Shown here: one piece after another, positions 18,851 to 34,211 of the stretch
Position numbering within the stretch: position 1 is the first letter of the stretch
How the letters are laid out: every line of letters starts with the position of its first letter
Assembly: GCF_009914755.1 (NCBI RefSeq)
Contig: NC_060947.1
Source of the DNA: the human T2T-CHM13v2.0 reference genome, Homo sapiens
Strand: one strand, 5' to 3'
DNA length: 64,000 nucleotides
Notes under the pieces: generated by a model
Database searches by the model: none
What the model was told of the DNA's origin: nothing
What the model saw: only the letters and a program-made list of their open reading frames with translations
Made by a program: the position numbers and the translations under genes

Positions 18851-19306
<456 letters not shown>

Positions 19307-19987
19307 CTAATTTCAGGTTCAACACAGTAAGGAATAATTGCTAATCAAATGTTAATAAAATGCTTACAGGCTTCAGGTCTGGAAAAGTCATTTTAAACAC
19401 TTAGAAAAACAATCAGGAATGTCAGCTGTTTTTTCACCTGCTCCTAGAGGAAATGCTTGGCTTTTAACCATGACATCCTCCTTTAACTCAACTACAGTAC
19501 ATTTAAATCTACTAGCAAACTCTCGTTTTGAATTACACATGAAGATATTCAACCTAGAGAATTATCTTTCCCTTGACCTGAATTCTGTCCATCCAGAGTT
19601 TCCAGTACAGCATTAAAGTTCTTGCTTGGAAATGGCTGCTGTCTGTACTGGAATGACTGGATGCCTTAATGAAATTACGAAACTCTATAATCAGACACTG
19701 AAGATTGTTGCCTCCTAAGAGTAGTTTCTAAATTTGAAGGCTTCCTCTCAATTGCCAAAATGCTGGGCTGACCTTCCAGGCAGGCCGAATATTTGGCTGT
19801 CGACAAGCAGAGATCTGAGAGGTGCTGGGTGGCCTTGTGCCCCAGACCTTTTCCTTCTTAGGTATTTACAAGACTTGACATTCTATCTCTAGAGACACAT
19901 TCCTTTGGAATAAACATTAATCACCCCAGGTGTCTCCTTGAAATCAAATGTCTCTTAGAGAGGTAAGACCTTAAATCACCAACATTT

Positions 19988-21108
19988 TGTAGTAATATTT
20001 CCTAAAGTGTGTTCCTTAATATATTTTGCTAGTCCCATAATATATTGGAAAAAGAGACCCATGGTCAGATAAGTTGGGAAAACACATTACACTGTATCTC
20101 CTCATGCAGAGTCACAATACACATTAGTATATTAAAGGTTCTGAGAAGTCTTGCTATAAACAAACTACATTAATTTTGTTTGGTCCACTGTTTCCTTACT
20201 TGAGCACATGGAACACATTTTTTAAAACATTACTTGTAGTAAAACACACAAAAATATACCATATTAACCATTTTTCAGTGTACAGTTCAGTAGTGTTAAA
20301 TATATTTGCATTACTGTACAACCAATCTCCAGAACATTTTCATCTTGCAAAATTAAAACTCTGTACCTGTTAAACAACTGCCTATTTCCTTCTCCCCATA
20401 GTCCCTGGCAACCACCAACTCTGCTTCCTATTTCTATGAGTTTGACTACTCTAGATATCTTATATAAGTGAAGTCAAACAATATTTGTCCTTTTGTGGTG
20501 CTTATTTAACTTAGCATGATGTCTTTAAGGTTCATCCATGTTGTAGAATGTGACAGGATTCCCTTCTTTTTAAGGCTGAATAATATTCCATTGTATGTAT
20601 ATACCAAATTTTTTCTTATCCATTCATCTGTTGATAAACACTTGGGCTGCTATTATGCCAATAACTTTTGGCTATTATGAATAATGCTGCTATGAACATG
20701 AGTGTTCAAATATCTCTTGCAGACCTTGCTCTCAATTGTTTTGAATATTAAATACACCCAGAAGTGGGATTGCTGGATCATATGATAATTCTATTTTTAA
20801 TTTTTTGAGGAACCACCATACTGTTTTTCATAGCAGCTACACCATTTTACTTTCCCACCAACAGTGCACAAGGGTTCTAATTTCTCCACATCCTCCCCAA
20901 CACTTGTTATTTTCTGTTGTTGTTTTTTTTTATAGTAGCCATTCTAATTGGGTATGACGTGATAACTCATTGTGGTTTTAACTTACATTTACCAATTGTT
21001 CAATGATGATGAGCATTTTTCATGTGCTTGCTGAAGGAGCACGTATTAAAAAAAAAACAAACTCAAACCAACAAAAGTTCTGTGGAACACAGTTTAGGAC
21101 ATACTGCC
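19988..21108. mobile_element. Possible hAT-Charlie-type DNA transposon relic split by the L1 at 20220-21030
   Basis: TIR-like ends tagtaatatttcctaaagtgtgttcc and ggaacacagtttaggacatactg; internal ctgagaagtcttgc motif. Confidence 0.4.
20220..21030 (-). mobile_element. L1MB-type 3' end
   Basis: antisense L1 3' motifs ggctgaataatattccattgtatg, gaagtgggattgctggatcatatg, gatgagcattttttcatgtgcttg. Confidence 0.88.
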
Positions 21109-21239
21109 AGAATGAATGAATGTGTGTGTGTGCATGCATGCTGTATTTGAGTATGTGATAATGATTTTTTTCAGGATACAGGAATTTTGGGTTATTTTTA
21201 AAACAGTTAACATTTACCACTTTAAAAATTTTTTAAAAA

Positions 21240-21528
21240 AATTTTTTGAGACAGTGTCTCCCTCTGTTGCCCAGGCTGGAATGCAGTGGTGCAATCTCAG
21301 CTCACTGCAACCTCTGACTCCTGGGTTCAACTGATTCTCATGTCTCAGCCTCCCAAGTAGCTAGGATTATAGATGTGTACTACCATGTCTGGCTAGTTTT
21401 TGTATTTTTAGTAAAAACGGGGTTTCGCCATGTTGGCCAGGTTGGTCTCAAACTCCTGACCTAATGTGATCCTTCTGCCTCGGTCTCCCAATGTGCTGGG
21501 ATTACAGGTGTGAGCCAGCATACCCCAC
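21240..21528 (-). mobile_element. Diverged Alu (J or old S)
   Basis: diverged full dimer. Confidence 0.9.
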
Positions 21529-22674
21529 CAACACTTGTTACTTTAAAAGCAACACAACATATGTGCTCAAAGAGTGGTTATCTCTGTGTAGTAGGATTAG
21601 GGGTAGATTAACTTATTTTTACTTATATATAATTTCTAAATTTCTCCAATGAACATATGTAATTTTAAAAGTTTAAGATAGATGATGATGGATGAATGGA
21701 TAGCTAAATAGATAGATAGTCCAACACTATGCTAGTTGCTTTGGCCACAGCACGTAGCTTCCAGTGATCTCTTCCTTTTCGTAATTCTTACTGTTTTTGT
21801 GCCCAAATTAGCAGTTGCTTAGGTTCTGCCTTATACTATTTTCTAATTGTTCTTTCTGTGTGAACATGCAGTGCTCCATAACTTGTAAGCTTTACAGGGG
21901 AAGGGACTGTGCTTTACATTTCTCTTATATGCCCCAGTAATAATAACCATATTTTCAACTCAACCAAAGCATACCATCTAACAAAGGATGTGTATATGTC
22001 TCTGTGTGTGTGTGTCTGTGTGTGTGCACGCATGCTGTATTTGAGTATGTGAGGCAGTATGTGAATTTTCATATGCATATTAAATACTGAAATTATCATG
22101 CATGTTCAATGATTTATGAGGCCAAACAGATAAAAAGCTTTAAAATGTGCCCCTGAGTGATACAGAACTGTTACTCACACACTCCCCACACCAATAAAAC
22201 TTTCTTAAAACCTTAGGGAGCACTGAATATAATATATTTTAATGTCATTTCTCCAGTAATAAATATATTAGTATTCTCATTTCTATGTTTAATAATTTTA
22301 AAACAATATTTTGACCTATGCCTTAGCATTTTGTCAATTAAACATTATTTAGTTGGTTTTATGTAAACTGATTTGTACCTAAAATAATCTCCAATCAGAA
22401 TATGCCATCTCATCTATTAGATTTCCTTCTCTCAACAGATGTTCTGAGTCCTCATTGTTTCCAGATTACAATCAGTTTGCTCATAACACAGAGATCCAGA
22501 CATCTGGGCCAAGGGAAAATGGGCAAAGCCATTTACTCAGGTATGGGAGGAAACACTTCCTCAAAGTTTACCCAGCAGCCATTCCCACATGTGATATCCT
22601 GAAGGTGCTGGTCTGGGCTTTGCCAGAGTTCTGATACATGAAAATAAAGTGGACCTTAAGTGTGATTGCCTGCT

Positions 22675-22865
22675 ATAGTGGAAAGAGTAGAGGATTTGGA
22701 GACCTGGGGTCAAGAGTCGGCTCTACCAATTTACCAACTGATGATCCTGGTATAAGTCACTTATCCAATCAGTCTCATCTGTAAAGAGCAGATCATAAAA
22801 GCATGTACCTCATGAAACAACTACAGAGAGTCAATGAGATAATACATATGAAAGCACTTTGTAAT
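22675..22865 (+). mobile_element. MIR
   Basis: gacctggggtcaagagtcggctctacc...aagtcactt...ctcatctgtaaa...gaaagcactttgtaa. Confidence 0.75.
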
Positions 22866-23139
22866 ATCTCACCCAAAGCAGTTTAAGGTAACTTTACCTC
22901 TGCTCTAGAGGAGAGAAACTCTATTCCTACTCCATACAGAAATTCTGTTTAGTTCAATGAATTGCTATGGACCATGTCAGCCCTTTACTTGCTCAAAACA
23001 GTACAAACAAAACTCCCAAAGCCAACTACAAAAATAAACAAAGACTGATGAATACTTAGGAGGGGAGAATGCAAAAAATCTCCTGGCATAGTCATATTCT
23101 TTCCACTTTTTTCTCTCCATTGAAACTATAAAATATCCA

Positions 23140-23985
23140 TTAAAAACTATTTGAATAGATATTTCATGAAAGAATATGTACCAGTGGATAATAGGCTTAT
23201 GAAAAGATACTTAATATCATCACTTGCTAGGGAAATGCAAATTAAAACCACAATGAGATACCACTACACACCCACCAGAAAGTCTATAATCAACGAATGA
23301 CAATACCATATGTAGAATAGGATATGGATAAAAAGAACCCTCATGCATTGTTAATGGGAATGTAAAATGGTACAGCCATTTTGCAAAAATAGTTTAGCAG
23401 TTTCTGAAAAAGTTAAACATATATTTATTATATGACCAAGCCATTACACTCTTAGGTATCTACCTCAAAGAAGTGCAAATATTACATCTACACAAAGATT
23501 TGTATGTGTATGTTCACAGCGGCATTATTCATACATTCCAAATCAGAAAACAATCCAAATGTCCATCAACTGGTGAATGAATATTCTTAACAAAATGTAT
23601 ACCTGTACAATGGAATGCTACTCAGCAACAAAAAAGAACAAAGTACAGACACATGCTACAGCACAGATTAACCTGAAAAACAATATGCTAAATGAAAGAA
23701 GCCTGACACAAAAGATTACATCTTGTAGAATTCCATTTACATGAAATATTCAGAAAAGGCAAATCTATAAGGACAGAAAGTAGATTAGTGGTTGCCTGGG
23801 GCTGGGGTGGGAATGAGAAGTGACGGAAAACAGGCCTATGGGGCAACTTGTTGGGGTGATGGAAATGTTCCAAATTGGGTTGGGGTGATGGTTGCACAAT
23901 TGTATAAATTCAGGAAAACATTTTGCATTGTACATTTACAATAGGTAAATTTTATGAGATGTAAATTATACCTCAATAAAGTAAC
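23140..23985 (+). mobile_element. L1MB/L1ME-type 3' end
   Basis: gaaatgcaaattaaaaccacaatgagataccac...aaatgtccatcaactggtgaatg...tatacctcaataaag. Confidence 0.88.
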
Positions 23986-24769
23986 CAAAAATGTCTTTGC
24001 AAGATGGAGAGATTATGCTAGTCTGTGTGCCAAGTGAGGAACTCAAGCTTGGATTAAAATACCTGCCCTTGGAGTAAAAACCCAGTAGAAAGCTAGCTAT
24101 CTTTCAGCCAGCAGTACCTTACCAGACTCCTCCCCTGTCCTAGCATTCAACCACCTATAATCATGCCGTCGGCCAGGAAACACATTAACTCCATGAAGTT
24201 CAAGTTGACACTTTTTAAAATGAAATTCCTGCTCTTCTGAAATCTCTCTTTTTCATCCCACAGCCAATATTTAATAATAATAAATCTCTATGAGAGGATC
24301 CTATCCAATGAGTAAACTCCTTGCTCTGTAGAAATTAGTCATTTCTAAGGTATACTAACTCTTTTACCTATGCAAAATACTTTTATCCAACAACACGAAA
24401 ATGACAAGAAAGTGAAAATGGACCAGAAGGAGAGCACTTATTTGAGTTATGCTGTGAGGCCTGGAGGTCTCTGGGACACAGCCAAGGCCAGTAGCAGTTT
24501 AAAAGAGTGACAACTTAAAGCACCTCCATCTACAGTAGAAAGCAATCATGTGACAAAGTAGGGAAGTCTATTTTAGAAATGTTAAACTGTATTTTAAAAA
24601 ACAGTTTAACATTTTGAAATTTTGGTCCTAACCTTCAGGTGTCAAAAAACAACTGAGCTTTCCAGAATCTCCAGGAATTCTAGTCATTCAGTGTTTAAAA
24701 TATACCTAAGAAAGTATGCCAGACTCACACTCCATTCATCAAACCACAACCAACACACTCATCTAGTTA

Positions 24770-25010
24770 TGGTGTGCTGAACAGACAAAGGATTTAAGGT
24801 CAGAAAACCTGGATTCCCATCTATTTTGTTTCTTCTACTTGCCAGAAGTGAGACCTTATGCAGATCCCTGAACCTCACAAATCCTTAGTTTCCTATGCTG
24901 TGAAATCAGGATAAGAGTTATACCTATCTCACATGGTTATGGGAATTCAGTGTGTGTACATAAAAAAAAAAAAAACACTTCATAAATTGCAAAGGCCCAT
25001 TCAAATAGAG
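24770..25010 (+). mobile_element. MIR
   Basis: gtgagaccttatgcag...ccttagtttcctatgctgtgaaat...cacttcataaattgcaaag. Confidence 0.65.
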
Positions 25011-25514
25011 GCTGTCTACTTTCCAGAAAACTCCAAAATTCTTTATATGTTATTCTGAACTATAAGCCCACTCACTTAAATTACTTTTAAAAAACATTCT
25101 GTTTTCATTTCCCTATCTCTAATGGGCCCTGTTGAGCCCTGGAATACCTGGGCTTGCATATATGGTCATTGCTTACTCTGCCGTACACACTAACAATTAT
25201 TCCGAACAGTGTTTAGATCTGTTTCTTACACTTACACTTCCTGGTTCACAAAAGAAAAAAAACATTGTCAATCCAACATTTCTACAGCACACTTCTCCCA
25301 AAGGATTTCCACATGCATTCTCCACTCGGTGAAATGCGATTGCTATTTAATAGCACATAGCAACACTATAGAACAGTCTAAGACAGGATGCGAGAGAGCC
25401 AATATTGTACATAGCTGAAAGGACAAGGGAAGCCAGTGTCAACAGATGCGATTACCAGATGTGAACTTTGGCCAAGGAGATCAGGGCAAACTCTCCTTTA
25501 AGAAGTGCCACAGG

Positions 25515-25844
<330 letters not shown>

Positions 25845-26317
25845 TCATTGCAACCTTGGCATCACATCTTATTCAAAATGGAATCATTTGGAGCCCCAAA
25901 CCTCTGCTGTTGCACTGATCTTGTTTTGTGGTAGGGGAGGGTGATTTGCATGGCTTCTCACTAGCAGATCTCCCCTCACTATTCAGATGGCAGGCTCTCT
26001 GAAAAACTTACTTCTAAATAAGAACTTAGCATTATTTGGGGGTGATTTAAAGGGATGATAGCTGCAATGGATATGAACACAAGCCACAATTTAACACTTC
26101 TTCCCCATGCAGCTGCCTTCCCACCACCCCTGCCCAACACGCTGGGAAAAGCAATTGTTCTCCAGTCCCACGCAAACTTGGAATGAGCCAATTGTCCTTA
26201 TTTTGTTCTCACTTTGACATTTATTTCCTTTCCAATACAAGACAGGTGCACTGGTCCTTGTAGTATAGGGTGATGAAAATCAAGTGGGAAGAATGATGCT
26301 TTAAAAGGCAGCAGATG

Positions 26318-26578
26318 TGCGGCGTGGTGGCTCACGCCTGTAATCCTAGAACTTTGGGAGGCTGAGGCAGGCGGATCACTTCAGGTCAGGAGTTTGGTAC
26401 CAGCCTGGCCAACATGGTGAAACCCTGTCTCTACTAAAAATACAAAAATTAGCCGGAAATCGCTTGAACCCGGAAGGTGGAGGTTGCAGTGAGCCAAGAT
26501 CGTGCCACTGCACTCCAGCCTGGGCAACAGAGTGAGACTCCATCTCAAAAAAAAAAATAAAAAATAAAAAATAATTTT
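26318..26578 (+). mobile_element. AluS with internal right-arm deletion
   Basis: aattagccgg joined directly to aaatcgcttgaacc, about 50 bp missing; TSD aaaaggcagcagatg. Confidence 0.92.
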
Positions 26579-26782
26579 AAAAAAGGCAGCAGATGCCTTA
26601 GCCAACCAGATTCAAAGGGAGAGCTAGGAAGTTCACTTGTGGGAAATTAGACTCTTTTCCAGGACTTCTCCTATAAAGTCATTCATGGGGACTTGCATAA
26701 TGTTGTCCAGAAGAAAATTCTATTGGGGACAACATTAATTCACCAAAGATTCTCTTTTGTATTATTTATTTGTTAAAATAAA

Positions 26783-27072
26783 ATTTTTTTAGAGATAGGT
26801 TTCTCTCTGTCACCCAGGCTAGAGTGCAGTGGCTTGATCACGGCTCACTGCAGCCTTGACCTCCTTGGCTGAAGCGATCTTCCCACTTCAGCCTCTCGAG
26901 TAGCTGGGAACACAGATGCATGCCACCAAGCCTGGCTAAGTTTCTTATTTTTGGTAGAGACAGGGTTTCGGTATGTTGCCCAGGCTGGTCCCAAACTCCT
27001 GGGCTCAACTGATCCTCCCGCCTCAGCCTCCCAGACTGCTGGGATTACAGGTGTGAGCCACCGTGCCTGGTC
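26783..27072 (-). mobile_element. AluJ
   Basis: J-type motifs cactgcagccttgacctcc and ctcctgggctcaa. Confidence 0.92.
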
Positions 27073-27851
27073 ACATTATCTTTTAAATCTATGAAATTCT
27101 TAGAGGCAAAATCATGATGTGTAAATACCTGGCCCTCAAAATGAGTCATTACTAAATATTTTAATTAAATCTATTTTCAATGCAGCACAAAGTGTCAGGT
27201 ACCTATGTGTTCATAATGAGAAGGGTTTTCGTCCTTTAGGGAATCTATGTATGGGTCAGAAAAACTTCCCTTTCTCACACTTTACAAAAGCAAAGAATGA
27301 ATTTGGCTTGCCTGCTTATTCCATTCTGTACTATGAGGTGTTACTTTCAAAATGTGAACACGTCCTTTATTCATGATAAAACAAGAGAAAAACCGATTAC
27401 CTGGAATTTATGACCAGTTAATTTTCTTATTCTCAAGCCTAAAAATGAATTGCTTGTTCCCTCGCCTGCCAGTCTTTTCTCCTCTGTCCCCTTCCTTCCC
27501 AAACACTAGTGCTGATGAATGAAGTCTGTTTGTGGTTTGTGTCAGTATTTGTCTAGGAAGGGAGTGACACATGAGTTGGAGCGGGGGCCAAGCAACTTGG
27601 ACCAACTCCAGGTTGGCCTCAAAAATGACAAGTTACCAATAATGTATTGTGCTCTCCTGCATCCACTCTTGGCTGGTGCCCATGTACACTGCATCATACA
27701 ATACGTAGGTCGTTCTGTTTTCCAATGTAGATGTATATGAATGCCTTGCCTCAAATTTAGTTGTGGATCCCCAAAGAACAGATGCTGAGTTCTAATATTG
27801 TTCCTCAAGGCATGTGGTTCACAGGGAATGATACTTTTTAGACTTTTAAAT

Positions 27852-28085
27852 CAGGGGTGTACAATCTTTTGGCTTCCCTGGGCCACACTGGAAGAAGAAT
27901 TGTCTTGGGCCACACATAAAATACACTAACACTAACAATAGCTGATGAGCTAAAAAAAAAAAAAAAGAAAAAAATCGCAAAGAAATCTCATAATGTTTTA
28001 AGAAAGTTTACAAATTTATGTTGGGCCGCATTCAAAGCTGTCCTGGGACACATGAGTCCCGTGGGCCGTGGGTTGGACAAGCTTG
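27852..28085 (+). mobile_element. MER30 (hAT-Charlie non-autonomous transposon)
   Basis: caggggtgtacaatcttttggcttccctgggccac ... gggttggacaagcttg; 8-bp TSD ttttaaat/ttttaagt. Confidence 0.88.
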
Positions 28086-28109
28086 TTTTAAGTAAAAATT
28101 CTGTTGTCT

Positions 28110-28600
28110 AGACTTTTCCCTCAGGCTCCTAATTCAAATTTATAACTGCCCACTGTATACTTCCACTTCATTATCCCAACCTCATCTCCCAGAATTCACC
28201 GCACACATCTCGCTAATCAACATTCTCTAAATATGCCACACAGTTTCACACCTCTGTGCTTTGTCCACGCTGTTCTCTTAGCCTTGAGTGATCCCCCCTC
28301 TGTTGAAATTCTGATTATCTTCCAGGAACCATCTCATATGTAATTTCTTCCATAAATTCTTCCCCAATTCCTGCAGGTGAATCTAATCATTTCATCTGTG
28401 CTCACAAAACATTTTGTTTGGACTTGTCTTAAAATCTCAATCACATTCTGCCTTGTATTGTAATTATTTGTGTCTGTATCTGTCTCTTCTATGAGGCCAA
28501 AGGCTTTTTGAGGGTGGTACTGTGTCTGATTCATCTTTGTGTCTCTCCCAGAGCCTACCCAAGTACCTGACACTCAGTGACTGAATAAACAATAAACATT
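28110..28600 (+). mobile_element. L2 3' region
   Basis: cacctctgtgctttgtccacgctgttc...gtactgtgtctgattcatctttgtgtctctcccagagccta...gactgaataaac. Confidence 0.7.
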
Positions 28601-30307
28601 TAGAGTAAGAACTCAAATACTATGTGTTGATCTATTGAACTGTGGGTATGTCCTCTACCTGTTAATCAAGGAGCCTGGCATAGTCCATAAACCAAATACA
28701 GAACACAGAATGTCTGTGTCAGAACAGCTCCAAACATTTTTAAATGTCAAATTTTGGGAAATTTGTTTAAATTATTTTGCTTGCATGAAAACTTTGTAGG
28801 CCTGGCAGTTAATAGGAAAAAAAAAAATCAAATCACTGACTTACCTCCAAAAGTTTTAGCCACGGAACATTTTGCAGACCATTAAGAATGAGGGCTTCTG
28901 TTTAGGCAGTACTGGTTAATTTCTAACATAGAAAGTTACTGCTGGTCACAGTGTTAGTGGATAGATTATTTTTTGCTGTTCTCAATACTGTCATGCCCTG
29001 AACAAACACTCCTTTTTGGAGAGTGTGCCTTTCTGAGGGTTCCAGTAACTTCTACTGGGAGTGCAAATGGAATCTGACACCGGCCCCCAACTCCTGCCAG
29101 TCTATCATGAGCCAGATTTCAGTTTCCCAGCAGGGTGCACTTGCCCCTGCCACTAGAAGCTGGAAATAAATTGCCTAAAGTTCTTCTGTAAAAAATATTT
29201 GGGGAAGGCACCTTGGAACATACTCCATTGATTCTAACTAAACATGTTTGCCAATATTTCCTGTCTTAGGCACAGTAAATCAGTGAGATGCTAGGTGTTG
29301 ATATGTGGTGGTTTCTTTGTTCCTTTCTAAATCCTAGACATCTTGGAATCTACACTATTGATATTCCAACATGCAAGTTATTATCATGACTAACACAGAC
29401 AGAATTACCTGCTGCTACATTCCAGGTATGTTTATGTATTTCCCTGTCTAACCTGCTTCCTCCCTCCAGCTGTCTCAGTGTGGAGGAAAGGGAGGCTTTT
29501 CCCCCTCCCCTGCATTTTCTCTAACAACTGTGATGTCAAATGCAATTATTTGTGGAGGAATCTGCTGTATGCGTGGATGAAAGAGACACATGCAAATCCT
29601 CAACAAGAAAGGGAAATACCAGCTATAGGGAACTATGTCCCAAAAGCACGCCGCTCTGGCAGCCTCTGCCGAAGGCCCCCTGTGCAGATATTAACAAGCT
29701 GAACACAATATGACTTTAGGAATGCAAAAGAAAAAACTGTTTAACATTTGAAAAATCTCCTCCTCAATCTGAGGTCAACCCAGCTAATAAAAAAGCTTCA
29801 AAAACTTCTGAAAAACCATGAATAAGCCCCAGATGCTCCTGTTCTCAGCTGAACTTTCCAAGTTATTTCATACCCTCTATTTTTCACACGTAGAACTATT
29901 TCAACCTCTTGTGCCGTCCTATCGCTTTCCAAAGAAAATTGCCTCCAGCCAAATTCCTTCTCCCACCCACAGTAACTAATTGTCCATACTGTTATTCATC
30001 CCCTTTTCTGAAGAAGAATTAAATTGGCAAGACCCCTTAGTGCAAGGGTGGGGACCTTTTTTTCTATCAAGGGCCACTGACCCACAGAGGAAAAAAAATC
30101 AGTTGGGGCCACACACAAGTAAGAAGCTGCTTGATTTAGTTTAGCTTTTTTTTTTTGCTTGTGTTTGTGGAAGAAATAGAAAACATTCACCTTGTTTTCT
30201 TTAAGAAAAATAAGGACAGGGAAAGGAAAACTCCATTGAATAGGTGTAGTAAATTTTAAAAAAATTCCAGGTGTATGCTATACCAAGTTTGGGGAATGAG
30301 GAGGTTA

Positions 30308-30716
<409 letters not shown>

Positions 30717-31369
30717 CTAGATACTGGGACACAGGAAAAGATGGACAAACACAGAGGAAGGTCTGGCACACTCCCTAGTTCATGTGTTAGTTGCAGTAAA
30801 CAGCTTGTCCCACGCCTGGTGCTTCCTGGACCGTGGGCATTAGAGTAAGTGATCACTGCCCTTTGAAATCCTTATTAGCTTTCTAGCAGTTTAGGAAAAA
30901 TTCTTTCTGTGCTGAGAAACAGCTGGCCTGCTTTGATTTTCAAACTTCAAAGCTATTTTTTGAAATAAAGGTTATTTTCTCAAGAACGTCTAAAGGTTTT
31001 ACATGTGTGTAAAGAAATGACTGAAAGTCTCTGACGTTGCAAAGCTGTCAGATGGCCTTATCTTTGGTCTTTGAGAGATTAGAGCTGTCTTATTCTATAG
31101 AGCCTGCATGCTACATTTGGAATCAGCGTTTGTTTCACTGATTTGAGGGATTTCCCACTGCACCCCCACCCACCCTGCCCCACAATCAAACCTAGTTTGG
31201 GGTTCCATTAGATCCTAGTACAATGTAAAACGGAGGCCACATATACATCTCTAAGGTAAGGAAAAACAGACCAGCATTCACAGCTCTTTAATGATCACTC
31301 TTCTCCCATTGAAAGCTGAACTTGTGAATGTCTGCACCTAGCAACCCACTAAGAAAGAAGTTGCTTTCA

Positions 31370-32006
<637 letters not shown>

Positions 32007-32599
32007 CTAGAATACTGGAGTTTGAGGGGTATCCCCTTGAACTTGAAAGAGATGGTTTGGGGTTAGATAAAGGGAGGCCCTACTTTGCATATCAAATACT
32101 AAGGAATTTATTTCCCTAAGGAGTTGGACTGGCCAAAAATAGAAATAGATTCTAAAATGTTTGGGCCCATTTGTGAATGACAGAATCATACTGGGTTATT
32201 CTGAGAAGTTCAGATGCATGGGGGCTACCTCTCACTGTGCACACATCTCTGAGTGTGCCTGTCAGCTAGAATCCTGGATGGTGTAGATCATGGGGGCTGT
32301 CCCTGGGACCATGTCTCTAAAAGGTCCTTGGTGCTGCCCTCAGAATTAAGGGGATGACTTCTAGGCTATAAGGCTTGGAACACTGGGTCAGTATGCACTG
32401 GTCAGGAGGTCACCAGGCCACCAGACCAAGTGATACTGCTGTTGCCTCCTCACAGAAGCTAGGCTGCTTCTGAGACAGCCAGTAGAGATGAATACAGCTC
32501 AGTTGGGGACCAAGGAGGAAGAGCTTTGCTTTGGTCCAGCGTGGTTTCAGTCTTACATCTGTCTTTATCTATTTCAAAAAGTTTATTTAAGTGAAAATT

Positions 32600-33365
<766 letters not shown>

Positions 33366-33821
33366 TTTCTGGCTACTTCAAGTGACCTCCTTGACAATGA
33401 GACTGTGCTAATGGCTCTCATTTCTTCAACAGAATAAAAAAGAAATCATAAATTTTAGAGTAATAGGACGTGGGTTCAAGTCCAAGTTTAACCTTTTAGT
33501 TACTCACAATCTGACTGCCATTTTCCTCATCTGTAAAAGAGAATATTAATGGTAGCTAACTATAATTAACAGTGGATATTATTAATCAGAGGATAGTGGT
33601 GAAAAATGTGATAATGTAAATAAAACATTTACATGTATGAGCCTATAGATTTATTGTTTTTTCTGATTTAAAAAATAATTTTAAAAAGCATTTGGGCAGA
33701 GTGCAGAGAGATATAAAAAGGAAATGAAAATTACTGTAATACTGCTAATGTTTTGATATAATTCTTACAGACTTTATTCCACATACATATATATGCATTA
33801 ATTTTTAAAATATATATGTGA

Positions 33822-34211
<390 letters not shown>

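Noticed and set aside
28840-28925. Strong minus-strand donor GAG|GTAAGT with nearby acceptors
   Set aside because: The longer candidate exon has stops in all frames; the shorter one has a weak acceptor and an unrecognised peptide. Isolated donors are common by chance.
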